A stretch of 64,000 nt of DNA from the NCBI GenBank assembly GCA_934096985.1, contig CAKONC010000001.1, forward strand, positions 128,771 to 192,770, in the 5' to 3' direction. The notes under the pieces were generated by a model that did not search any database, was not told where the DNA came from, and saw only the letters and a program-made list of their open reading frames with translations. Of the stretch, positions 43,771-53,345 are shown in pieces. A program made the translations under genes and the position numbers. Each line of letters begins with the position of its first letter. Positions within the stretch are counted from its first letter, which is position 1. The stretch comes from an uncultured Bacilli bacterium (GTDB lineage Bacteria > Bacillota_I > Bacilli_A > RF39 > UBA660).

Positions 43771-44340
43771 TTATATTTCATCTTTTATTAATTTATCGAT
43801 ATAAGAAATTATTTCATCTTTAGTATACTTACCATTAGAATTTAAATATTCAAATCCTAAATTTAGGACTCCACCAACGTAGAATTTAGCAATAATCTCT
43901 GCGGGAATACCATCATTAATTTTTTCTTTACTAATTCTTTTTAAAATATCATCATTTATTGCACTAAGTAAAATATCCATCATTATACTATTTCGATTAT
44001 GTACCATAATTGAGGAATATATATCTTTTTTATCCTCAACATGGTTTAAAAATATTTTAATAAGTTCAAGATAGTATTCTTTTATATTTAATGCTTTGTT
44101 ATTTTCAAGTTTTTGAGAAAATTCATCTTTTAAATCTTTAATGAAATCTACAAGAAGTTCATATTTATCTTCATAATGAGCATAAAAGGTTGATCTATTT
44201 ATTAAGGCTTTTTCACATATATCAGATACTTTAATTTCTTCAAATGTTTTCTCTTTCATAAGTTCCACTAAAGCAGTGTATATCATTCTTTTTGTTTTAA
44301 TAACCCTCAAATCTTTTTTCTTTTCCATTTTTTTCACCAA
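43771..44340 (-). CDS. TetR/AcrR-family transcriptional regulator
   Basis: N-terminal 'TFEEIKVSDICEKALINRSTFYAHY' HTH. Confidence 0.8.
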   Translation of the reverse strand: MVKKMEKKKDLRVIKTKRMIYTALVELMKEKTFEEIKVSDICEKALINRSTFYAHYEDKYELLVDFIKDLKDEFSQKLENNKALNIKEYYLELIKIFLNHVEDKKDIYSSIMVHNRNSIMMDILLSAINDDILKRISKEKINDGIPAEIIAKFYVGGVLNLGFEYLNSNGKYTKDEIISYIDKLIKDEI

Positions 44341-44388
44341 CTAAAGTATATCACTTTATTAATCAAAATAAAAGATAAATAGCAAAAT

Positions 44389-44471
44389 GTTGGATAAAAA
44401 TATACATAATTTGATATTTTGTTGGATAACAAGCATTTAAAAGTTTATGTGTGTGTTATTTTCTTATCCAT
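44389..44471. promoter_or_regulatory. putative TetR operator region: three copies of TGGATAA (two direct, one inverted)
   Basis: gTTGGATAA at 44389-97 and 44421-29. TTATCCAt at 44464-71. All lie between the divergent tetR and MMPL genes. Confidence 0.4.
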
Positions 44472-44508
44472 TGTAATAAAATACTTTGTGTGAAAGGAAA
44501 GATGACAA

Positions 44509-47500
44509 ATGAAAAAGTTTGCAGACAAAATATGTAAGCATAAAAGTCTTATTTTAATTGTAACCGGTATTTTAATGGTTCTATCATTTATCGGTATGAG
44601 TTTAACTAAAGTAAATTATGATATTTTAGTTTACTTACCTGCAGATATTGAAACAATACAAGGCCAAAATATATTAACTGATGACTTTGAAATGGGTTCA
44701 TATTCTGTGGCAATAGCAAAAAATATGTCCTCAAAAGAAATAATAAAGTTAGAGGATAAAATTAAAAATGTAAAAGGAGTAAATAAAGTAGTATCACTAT
44801 ATGATGCTACCGGAGTAATTCCTGTAGATATTTTACCAACTGATATCACAAAATATTTACATGATGATAACGCCGATATATTTTTAATTACTTTTGCAGG
44901 TGGAACTTCTTCAGAAGAAACCATTAATGCCGTAAAAGAAATAAGAAATCTTACTAGTGATAATGTAAAACTTGGCGGAATGAGTTCAATGGTACTTGAT
45001 ACAATGAACCTTTCAAATGAAGAAATAGTTATTTATATAATTATTGCAGTAATACTTTGTATTGCAGTGTTAGAATTTTCACTAGATTCATATATAGTTC
45101 CAATTTTACTTCTTGCAAATATTGGTATAGCTATACTTATAAATATGGGAACAAATGTCTTTTTAGGAGAAATTTCCTACATAACAAAGGCATTAGTTGC
45201 AGTACTTCAACTCGGAGTAACTACTGACTTCTCAATTTTCTTATATAACTCTTACGAAAAGAAAAAAGCATTATATAAATCAAAAGAAGAAGCAATGGCA
45301 AATGCTATTATAGAAACTTTTACTTCAGTTATTGGTAGTAGTCTTACAACAATTGCAGGTTTCTTAGTTTTATGTACAATGAGTTTAACTTTAGGAAAAG
45401 ACTTAGGTATTGTAATGGCAAAAGGTGTTTTAATCGGACTTATTTCAACACTTTTACTATTCCCAACATTACTTCTTACATTTGATAAATTAATTGATAA
45501 AACTAAACATAAAAAGATAAATTTAGTTTTTGATAAATTAAATCATTTTATTGTAAAAAATTATAAAGTAATATTTATTATTTTTGTACTTTTAATAGTA
45601 CCTGCATATTTAGCTTATTCAAAAGTAGATGTATATTACAAAATGGATAAAACACTTCCTGATACTTTGGAAAGCATAAATGCAAATAAAGAATTAAAAG
45701 ATAAATTTAACATAGTAAGTCCAGAAATGATTATTTTAGATAGTAATGTTAAAACAAGTGATGTAAGTAATATGATACGTGAAATTAAAGATGTTGAAGG
45801 TATTGATTTTGCTTTATCACTTTCTGAACTTGAGAAAATGGGACTTTCTGAAAATGTTATTCCAAGTGATTTGCTTAAAATATTTAAAAGTGGTAAATAT
45901 CAAATGGTACTTGTAAATAGTATTTATGAAGTGGCCAGTGATGAAATAAATAATCAAATTACTTTGGTTAATGACATAGTTAAAAAATATGATAAAACCG
46001 CTATCGTAGCAGGTGAAGGACCACTTATGAAAGATTTAATTAAAATAAGTGATACTGACTTTAATAATGTAAATTATTCAAGTATATTATGCGTATTTAT
46101 CATATTAATTATTTGTTTAAAAGCATTTGCTTTACCTGTTTTATTAATAATCACTATTGAAGCCGCTATATTCATAAATATGAGTATTGCATACTTTGGT
46201 GGAGTAGTTTTACCATTTGTAGCTCCAATAGTACTAGGAACAATTCAGTTAGGAGCAACAATTGACTACGCTATACTTTTAACAACTACATACAAAGAAA
46301 AAAGAAACACTATGGATAAGAAAAAAGCAATGGAAGAAGCACTTAATTACTGCGGAGCTTCAATACTTATAAGTGGTTTATGTTTCTTTGCTGCAACATT
46401 TGGTGTAGGAGTATATTCTAAGCTTGAAATGATTTCATCATTATGTACTCTTATTTCAAGGGGAGCCATTATAAGTATGGCGGTAGTAATTTTAGCACTT
46501 CCTACAGTACTTCTTACATTTGATAAATTAATATTTAGAAAGAAAGGAAATGATAATATGAAAAATGTTAAGAATAAAAAAATTATAGAGGCATCATTTT
46601 TAGCACTTCTAACTTTAATGCCATTAAATACATTTGCTCTTTCAAAAGATGAAACAGTTTATGCTCATTTAAATGAAAATGGTGAAAGTAAAAGTGTTAT
46701 AGTTTCTGAAATTTTAAAAAATACAGAAAACAAAAATGAACTTATTGATTATTCAACTCTCGAAGATATCGTAAATAAAAATGGAAACGAAACTTATACA
46801 CTTGATAAAAATAAATTAACTTGGATGAGTAACGGAAATGATATATATTATGAAGGTAAATATCAAAAGTCTTTACCAATTTCAATGGATATAACTTACA
46901 AATTAGATGATAAAAGGGTAAATGCTAAAGATGTTTTAGGCCAAAGTGGTAAAGTAGAAATTATCATTAATTACAAAAATAATTCTAAAAAAAGTGTTAA
47001 TATAAATGGAAAAAATGCAAATATTTATACACCATTTATGATTATGTATGGTGCAATGCTTGATAGTAATTATAATAAAAATGTAACTATTAATAATGGT
47101 AAAGTTATTGCAAATGGTAATAAAAATATGGTAGTAGGTTTAGCTATTCCAGGGCTTAAAGAAAGTCTTAATATAAATGAACTTTCACTTGACAGCTTAG
47201 TTATCACATATGAAACTACAAACTTCGAAGTACCTACAATGTATAATGTTATTTCAAATAAACTAATAAGTGATGGAAATTTTAATATTTCTAAAATAAA
47301 TACGCTTTATGAGAAAGTTGAAAGCCTTCAAGATGGAATTGATAAAATTAATGAAGGTTCAAAAAGTCTTAGTGATGGTTTATCACTTTTAAAAAATACT
47401 CTTATAACATCTTTATCTTCTTTAGATGATAATAGTAGTGCATTAACTGATAATGAAGTTTCTTATATTAAAGAAAGTGCAATTAATAGTACTCTTAATA

Positions 47501-48237
47501 CTATGAAAACAAATTTAATAGTTGATGAAAATGGTAATGTAATTGGCTCAAAAGATGAAAATGTAAATAATATAGTTTCATCATCAGTAAAAAAAGCAGC
47601 ATTAAATTATTTACAAAGTGTTAATGAAGAAGAAAATTTAAACACATATTTAACAGTTATGACTAAAATGCAAAATAATATAGAACTTAGTGATGAAGAA
47701 AAACTTTTTGCTTATACACATAAAGACACTTTAACAATACTTGGAATTGTTGTTAATGCAAGTACTATTTCTGCAAAAGAAGTAAGTACTAATATATCAA
47801 CTTATGTTGCTAAAAGTGTAGCAGGAAGCGTATCAGAAAGTGTTGCTAAAAATGTTGCAGATGAAGTTAAAAAAGAGGCTATAAAAAGCACTAAAGAATC
47901 ATTAAATGAACTATTAGGCGCTATAACTAAACTTGATAATGGAGCAACTACTTTAAATGATGGTATAACTAAATACAATAAAGAGGGTATAAGTGCTATT
48001 TCAAACATTGTAAATAGTAATGTAAAAGAATATGAAGTTAGATTAAATGAAATTAATAAATTAGCAAAAGAATATAAAACTATCGAAGAAAAGTCTATTA
48101 GTAATGAAGATGAGACAAAATTTATTTTAGTTGTTGATGGTCAAAAGAAGGAAGAAACTGTAAAAAATAATGAAACTAAAGAGGTTAAAACATCTTTATG
48201 GACTAAAATAAAAAACTTATTCAAAAAGGAAAATTAA
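44509..48237 (+). CDS. MMPL/RND-superfamily transporter with very long C-terminal extracytoplasmic helical domain
   Basis: Two 6-TM bundles in the first ~700 aa. A Ser/Asn/Lys-rich coiled region spans aa ~700-1240. Confidence 0.7.
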   Translation: MKKFADKICKHKSLILIVTGILMVLSFIGMSLTKVNYDILVYLPADIETIQGQNILTDDFEMGSYSVAIAKNMSSKEIIKLEDKIKNVKGVNKVVSLYDATGVIPVDILPTDITKYLHDDNADIFLITFAGGTSSEETINAVKEIRNLTSDNVKLGGMSSMVLDTMNLSNEEIVIYIIIAVILCIAVLEFSLDSYIVPILLLANIGIAILINMGTNVFLGEISYITKALVAVLQLGVTTDFSIFLYNSYEKKKALYKSKEEAMANAIIETFTSVIGSSLTTIAGFLVLCTMSLTLGKDLGIVMAKGVLIGLISTLLLFPTLLLTFDKLIDKTKHKKINLVFDKLNHFIVKNYKVIFIIFVLLIVPAYLAYSKVDVYYKMDKTLPDTLESINANKELKDKFNIVSPEMIILDSNVKTSDVSNMIREIKDVEGIDFALSLSELEKMGLSENVIPSDLLKIFKSGKYQMVLVNSIYEVASDEINNQITLVNDIVKKYDKTAIVAGEGPLMKDLIKISDTDFNNVNYSSILCVFIILIICLKAFALPVLLIITIEAAIFINMSIAYFGGVVLPFVAPIVLGTIQLGATIDYAILLTTTYKEKRNTMDKKKAMEEALNYCGASILISGLCFFAATFGVGVYSKLEMISSLCTLISRGAIISMAVVILALPTVLLTFDKLIFRKKGNDNMKNVKNKKIIEASFLALLTLMPLNTFALSKDETVYAHLNENGESKSVIVSEILKNTENKNELIDYSTLEDIVNKNGNETYTLDKNKLTWMSNGNDIYYEGKYQKSLPISMDITYKLDDKRVNAKDVLGQSGKVEIIINYKNNSKKSVNINGKNANIYTPFMIMYGAMLDSNYNKNVTINNGKVIANGNKNMVVGLAIPGLKESLNINELSLDSLVITYETTNFEVPTMYNVISNKLISDGNFNISKINTLYEKVESLQDGIDKINEGSKSLSDGLSLLKNTLITSLSSLDDNSSALTDNEVSYIKESAINSTLNTMKTNLIVDENGNVIGSKDENVNNIVSSSVKKAALNYLQSVNEEENLNTYLTVMTKMQNNIELSDEEKLFAYTHKDTLTILGIVVNASTISAKEVSTNISTYVAKSVAGSVSESVAKNVADEVKKEAIKSTKESLNELLGAITKLDNGATTLNDGITKYNKEGISAISNIVNSNVKEYEVRLNEINKLAKEYKTIEEKSISNEDETKFILVVDGQKKEETVKNNETKEVKTSLWTKIKNLFKKEN

Positions 48238-48308
48238 CTTCTAAATTTACACGATTTGACATTTTTCTAAAAAAATGCTATAATTACAGCAATCAAGGGG
48301 GAAATAAA

Positions 48309-48791
48309 ATGAAAAATGAAGAAAGAAATTTAGAGAAGGGAAAATTAAATGTCACTAGATATTTAGGATTAGGACTAACTGCTTTTTCAATTGCTAGTGG
48401 TATAGTTTTGCATTCACAGACTAACCATTTACTTGAAAAATGTCCTTTTGAAATACTATATGGTGATAAAGTAATTGAACATAGTATTGAGGAAGCAAAA
48501 AAACATAGAGAGACAAATACAATTAAAGTAGCACCTGTTGGTTATACACTTGATCCTAAGACTGGAAATTGTGTAACAGAATCAAGAAGTAATTTGGAAG
48601 TTACAATTAATCCGGAAACTGGAAAACTTGAAAAGAAATTAGTTGCTAAAGAAGATTCTGTTGAACCTATGGCTTATACATATGATACATATTATGGATG
48701 GCCATCAGAGTTTTATGGTATAAGTAGTAGTGCTACAAGTACTTCAGCGGAAGAAGAACTTGAAACTACTGTAAGAAATTTGTATAGATAA
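48309..48791 (+). CDS. hypothetical membrane-anchored protein
   Basis: 160-aa ORF with one TM. Confidence 0.4.
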   Translation: MKNEERNLEKGKLNVTRYLGLGLTAFSIASGIVLHSQTNHLLEKCPFEILYGDKVIEHSIEEAKKHRETNTIKVAPVGYTLDPKTGNCVTESRSNLEVTINPETGKLEKKLVAKEDSVEPMAYTYDTYYGWPSEFYGISSSATSTSAEEELETTVRNLYR

Positions 48792-48863
48792 AAAGTGATT
48801 AAATTCACTTTTTTTAATTGAATTATAAAAAAATATAATCTATAATAAGCAAAAGAGGTAAGA

Positions 48864-49118
48864 ATGAAAGATATTGTAGAAATTAATGGTAAAAAATATT
48901 TTGTAATGTTTACATATGAAGATAGTCAAGGATATAAATATATTTTTTATACAGATAATACCTATGATAAAAATAATAGACTTAATGTAATTTTTGGAAC
49001 ATATGAAATTCACGATGATAAATATTTAGTAAATGATATAACAGATGAATTAAAAAAGCAAAAAGCTGCAAAAATATTTAATGAAGTTATAAAAGGTATG
49101 ACTAATATTAATAAATAG
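48864..49118 (+). CDS. hypothetical small protein
   Basis: 84-aa ORF with an AGAGGTAAGA RBS. Confidence 0.4.
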   Translation: MKDIVEINGKKYFVMFTYEDSQGYKYIFYTDNTYDKNNRLNVIFGTYEIHDDKYLVNDITDELKKQKAAKIFNEVIKGMTNINK

Positions 49119-49124
49119 GATTAT

Positions 49125-50357
49125 ATGAAAAAACATTTAAATTCACTTATTTTTATAATATCAATAATTACATATTTTCTTGTTATGTTTATTTTTAATA
49201 TAAATTTAGGAACTGGTAAAAAAGAACTTGAAAATATTTTAGTTTTAGTATTTCCAGTTTTAGCAATGTTATTTTATCTAATTTATTATGAAAAAGATAA
49301 AAAAATTATTATATATTATTTAACAATGTATTTTGTAATGCTAATAGGTTTTGTGTTTTTTTCAAGTAGAGCAAGCTATCTTACAACAAATAAAATTTTG
49401 TTACGAAACTATAATATTATTCCTTTTATTGGAATAATAAAATTATTTAAAAATTCGAAAAGTTTTGCAATTTATAATATTTTAGGTAATTTTTTAATGC
49501 TTTCACCTTTAGCAATATTACTTCCAATAGTTTGTAAAAAATTTAAAAATATTAAATATTTTAGTTCATTTATATTAATTTTAACTTTAACAATTGAAAG
49601 CGTTCAATATTTTACTAATATTGGTTCATTTGATATTGATGATATTATTTTAAATATAAGTGGAGCAATAATTACTTTTTTAATAGTTTATAATACTAGA
49701 CTAAAAAAAATTATATATGATTTATTTTTTGAAAAGAAAAGTGAAATTATAATGTTTAAATTTCTTTATTATGTTTTCTTATCTTTATCATTTATAGTCT
49801 TTCTTTATTATGCATTTTTAATATTAAATAATATTTATGAAAATAAAGTTAATTATAGTAATTTAAAATGTGTAGAAGAAAATAAAACTTATCTTACTAG
49901 CATTAATAATTATAGATATTATTCATTATGTAAATATAGTGGCAATGTCAAAAAGGGCAAAAATAACTATTCATTAAAAGATAGTATATTAAATAATTTT
50001 TTTAATGAAAAAGATTTAAAAAAACTAAATATTGTAAAAGAAAAAATAGTAACGGATGTAAGGTTAATTAGTGATACTAAGATAAATGAAATCTTTTTAA
50101 ATGAAAATACGTATTATTTAGTTAATATGAAGGATATAATTTATACAATTGATGGTACACAAATTAGCTTAAATCAAGCAGCAAAAGATTATGATTTTAA
50201 TCCTATATTATCACTTGTTAAAATTAGTTATTTTGCAGAAAATAAAATAATGAGTGTATATGAAGGAGAATATTTTAATGTAATAAATTGCTCTGATAAT
50301 AAATATTTTGTTTTAGATAAAAACTTTAAATATGATTATAATTTTTGTAGTAAATAA
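49125..50357 (+). CDS. VanZ-family membrane protein with extra C-terminal domain
   Basis: 'NIIPFIGII...NILGNFLMLSPL...SFDIDDIILNISG' VanZ motifs in the N-terminal half. Confidence 0.6.
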   Translation: MKKHLNSLIFIISIITYFLVMFIFNINLGTGKKELENILVLVFPVLAMLFYLIYYEKDKKIIIYYLTMYFVMLIGFVFFSSRASYLTTNKILLRNYNIIPFIGIIKLFKNSKSFAIYNILGNFLMLSPLAILLPIVCKKFKNIKYFSSFILILTLTIESVQYFTNIGSFDIDDIILNISGAIITFLIVYNTRLKKIIYDLFFEKKSEIIMFKFLYYVFLSLSFIVFLYYAFLILNNIYENKVNYSNLKCVEENKTYLTSINNYRYYSLCKYSGNVKKGKNNYSLKDSILNNFFNEKDLKKLNIVKEKIVTDVRLISDTKINEIFLNENTYYLVNMKDIIYTIDGTQISLNQAAKDYDFNPILSLVKISYFAENKIMSVYEGEYFNVINCSDNKYFVLDKNFKYDYNFCSK

Positions 50358-50493
50358 TATTGATTTATTTACTTTTTTTGTCGATTTTTATTTGTTTTAA
50401 CTAATAAGCAGTTAAAACTTTTGATATCTTTTGTCGAAGTTGTTTAAATTATAAAAAAATTGAACTATATTATTTGTAGCAAAGGAAAATAAT

Positions 50494-50826
50494 ATGTTAA
50501 AAATGAATTTAGAATTCAATAAAGGTATTTTATTTGTTAGATTAGATGGAATGCTTAATAGGGCTACAACATATAAAGTTAATAATTATCTAGTGCCAGT
50601 TATATTAAAACATAAAATTAAATATTTAGTTTACAATTTATATGCTTTAGAAGATATTGATGAAACTGGAATTGATGCTTTATTAAATACAAAGTTTGCT
50701 ATAAAAAGTAATAAAGGAGTAATGTATTTTTGTGAAGTAAGTGATTATTTAAATAAAAAATTACATAAATTACACATAAAAAAGATTGATAATGAATTAG
50801 TGGCATCAAAATTAATTGAGGTTTAG
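50494..50826 (+). CDS. spoIIAA: STAS-domain anti-sigma-factor antagonist (SpoIIAA-like)
   Basis: STAS fold pattern, with 'LEDIDETGIDAL' at the phospho-site position. Confidence 0.6.
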   Translation: MLKMNLEFNKGILFVRLDGMLNRATTYKVNNYLVPVILKHKIKYLVYNLYALEDIDETGIDALLNTKFAIKSNKGVMYFCEVSDYLNKKLHKLHIKKIDNELVASKLIEV

Positions 50827-50829
50827 AAA

Positions 50830-51468
50830 ATGACTAAAGAACAAATTATTAACGAAAATGCTGGCTTAATTTATGAAATAGCAAAGAAGTTTTATGGTTA
50901 TCCTAAAGAAGATTTATTTCAAGCAGGTGTTCTAGGTTTATTAAAAGCCTTTAAAAATTATGATCCTAGTTACGGAGCAAAGTTTTCAAGTTTTGCATAT
51001 ACTTCAATTTATGGAGAAATGTATTTACTAGTTAATAATCGAAGTATGAAAATAAATAGAGAAGTTTTAAATTTATATAAGTTAATCGAACAAACTAGAT
51101 TTTCTTTGGCACAAAAAATTGGCCATGTTCCAAATTATAATGAAGTTGCAAATTTCTTGGAAATGGACCCAGTTAAAATTTATGATGCTGTAATAGCAGG
51201 TCAAGCTGTGATGAGTTTAGATAGTGCTGAAAATGCACCATTATATGATATTATTAAAAAAGAGGAAAAAACTTCTTTAGATGATAAATTATTTTTAGAT
51301 GAAGGTTTAAGCGTACTTTCCGAAGATGAAAAAAATATTATTAAATCTAGATATTTTGATGATTTAACTCAAAGTGAAGTTGCAAGAAAACTTAGAATGA
51401 CTCAAGTAATGGTTTCAAGATATGAGAAAAAAGGCATTCAAAAAATGAGAGAGCATATGACTTTATAA
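50830..51468 (+). CDS. sigF: sporulation-type sigma-70 family factor (SigF-like, compact)
   Basis: Region 2 'FQAGVLGLLKAFKNYDPSYGAKFSSFAYTSIYGEM' and region 4 'LTQSEVARKLRMTQVMVSRYEKKGIQKMR'. Immediately upstream of spoVA genes. Confidence 0.65.
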   Translation: MTKEQIINENAGLIYEIAKKFYGYPKEDLFQAGVLGLLKAFKNYDPSYGAKFSSFAYTSIYGEMYLLVNNRSMKINREVLNLYKLIEQTRFSLAQKIGHVPNYNEVANFLEMDPVKIYDAVIAGQAVMSLDSAENAPLYDIIKKEEKTSLDDKLFLDEGLSVLSEDEKNIIKSRYFDDLTQSEVARKLRMTQVMVSRYEKKGIQKMREHMTL

Positions 51469-51514
51469 GTATAAAAATCACCTTATTTAAAATAATAATA
51501 ATGGTGATTTTATT

Positions 51515-51952
51515 TTGGACAAAGAAGAATATAAAAAGCTTGTAAAGGAAAAATATCCTAAAGAAAAAAGAGTAAAGAATGCACTTATAGCTTTTTTAGT
51601 TGGAGGATTAATAGGCTTAGGTGGTCAAATTTTATCAAGATTACTTGTTTTAACTTTTGGTATTTCAAAAATGATGAGTTATAGTGTTGTATGTTTAGTA
51701 ATAATTTTTCTTGCAGCTTTATTTACGGGACTTGGATTTTTTGATGAATGGGTAATTAAAACTAAATGTGGTTTAATTATTCCTACGACAGGATTTGCTC
51801 ATAGTATAACAAGTTGTGCCTTAGAATATAAAAAAGATGGAATGATTACGGGACTTGGTGCAAATTTTTTTAAACTAGCGGGTTCTGTAATATTATATGG
51901 TATAATTTCTGCATTTTTCTTATGTATAATAAGGGTGGTATTTTATGGGTAA
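51515..51952 (+). CDS. spoVAC: stage V sporulation protein AC
   Basis: SpoVAC/AE family membrane protein, '...IIPTTGFAHSIT...'. Confidence 0.75.
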   Translation: MDKEEYKKLVKEKYPKEKRVKNALIAFLVGGLIGLGGQILSRLLVLTFGISKMMSYSVVCLVIIFLAALFTGLGFFDEWVIKTKCGLIIPTTGFAHSITSCALEYKKDGMITGLGANFFKLAGSVILYGIISAFFLCIIRVVFYG

Positions 51953-52919
51953 TATTAAATTTAATAATGTTTATATTAAAGATTATTTTACTTTAGTAGG
52001 TCCTAAAGAAAAAGATAGTAAGATAACAAATTATGATTTAGGTTTTAAAGATAGTTATTTTGGTGAAAAAACTTTTGAACTTGCGGAAATTAAAATGCAA
52101 AAAGTAGTTATTCAAAATTTATTAAATAGAAATAATTTAAGTGAAAAAAGTATAAATTATGTAGTAGGTGGAGATTTAATTAATCAAATTGCTATAACCA
52201 GTTATACTATGATGGATTATTTAATTCCTTTTGTGGGAGTTTATGCAGCTTGTGCTACTTTTCCATTATCAGTAATATTAGGAGCAAATCTAATAGAGAG
52301 TAAAAATGCTAAAAATATTATTGCTCTTACTTCTTCACACAATTTAACTGCCGAAAGACAATATCGATATCCTGTTGAATATGGTTCACCAAAACCTAAA
52401 ACATCAACATGTACTTTAACTTCAAGTGTTGGTGCACTTTTATCTAATGAAAAAACAAATATCAAAGTTTCTGGTGGACTAATAGGTAAAGTTATAAACT
52501 TAGGAATCAATGATGTAAATCATATGGGAGCTATAATGGCTCCAGCCTGTGCTGATACAATACACACATTTTTAGAAAATAGTAAAGAAAATGTGAAAGA
52601 TTATGATTTAATATTAACAGGGGATTTAGGAAGTGTAGGTTTAGAAATTTTAAAGGAATATTATGAAAGAGTTTATGGTAGTCGTTTAACAAAAATAATG
52701 GATGCTGGTAGTGAGATATTTTTAGCAAGTGATATGTTTTCAGGTGGTTCTGGGCCTTGCTGTTTACCTCTTATATTTTTTACTAAAATACTTAAGAATA
52801 AACGGTATAAAAAAATTCTTCTTGTGGGAAGTGGTTCTTTGCACACACCTGTTTTAGTAAATCAACATCAAACGGTTCCTGCAATAAGCCATTTAGTTAA
52901 AATTGAGGTGATATCATGA
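51945..52919 (+). CDS. spoVAD: stage V sporulation protein AD
   Basis: Thiolase-like fold, ~324 aa, located between spoVAC and spoVAEb. Confidence 0.75.
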   Translation: MGNIKFNNVYIKDYFTLVGPKEKDSKITNYDLGFKDSYFGEKTFELAEIKMQKVVIQNLLNRNNLSEKSINYVVGGDLINQIAITSYTMMDYLIPFVGVYAACATFPLSVILGANLIESKNAKNIIALTSSHNLTAERQYRYPVEYGSPKPKTSTCTLTSSVGALLSNEKTNIKVSGGLIGKVINLGINDVNHMGAIMAPACADTIHTFLENSKENVKDYDLILTGDLGSVGLEILKEYYERVYGSRLTKIMDAGSEIFLASDMFSGGSGPCCLPLIFFTKILKNKRYKKILLVGSGSLHTPVLVNQHQTVPAISHLVKIEVIS

Positions 52920-53266
52920 TTTATTTAAATGCATTTTTATTTGCTGGCTTTATTTGTATGTTAGGACAAATAATACTTGATAATTCAAAACTAACTCCTG
53001 GACATATAACTTCAATTTTTACTGTAGTTGGTGCACTTCTATCATTTTTTGGAATCTATCCATCATTAGTGGAAAAATGTGGTATTGGAGCTACATCTTT
53101 AATAATGAATTTTGGTAATATGCTTTTTTTAGGGGGAATGGAAGGTTTTGAGAATAGTGGATTAATTGGAATTTTTTCGGGACTTCTTTGTAAAAGTTCA
53201 TTAGCAATAACTGGCGCAATAGTTTTTGCTTTTATAATTACAATATTTTGTAAGCCAAAAAATTAA
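52916..53266 (+). CDS. spoVAEB: stage V sporulation protein AEb
   Basis: 116-aa membrane protein of the SpoVAC/AE family. Confidence 0.7.
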   Translation: MIYLNAFLFAGFICMLGQIILDNSKLTPGHITSIFTVVGALLSFFGIYPSLVEKCGIGATSLIMNFGNMLFLGGMEGFENSGLIGIFSGLLCKSSLAITGAIVFAFIITIFCKPKN

Positions 53267-53345
53267 CATAAAAAAAGGAAAATATTCATTTAGTACTAGG
53301 AATATTTTCTTTTTTATGGCATAATTATAATAGAGGTATGATAAT

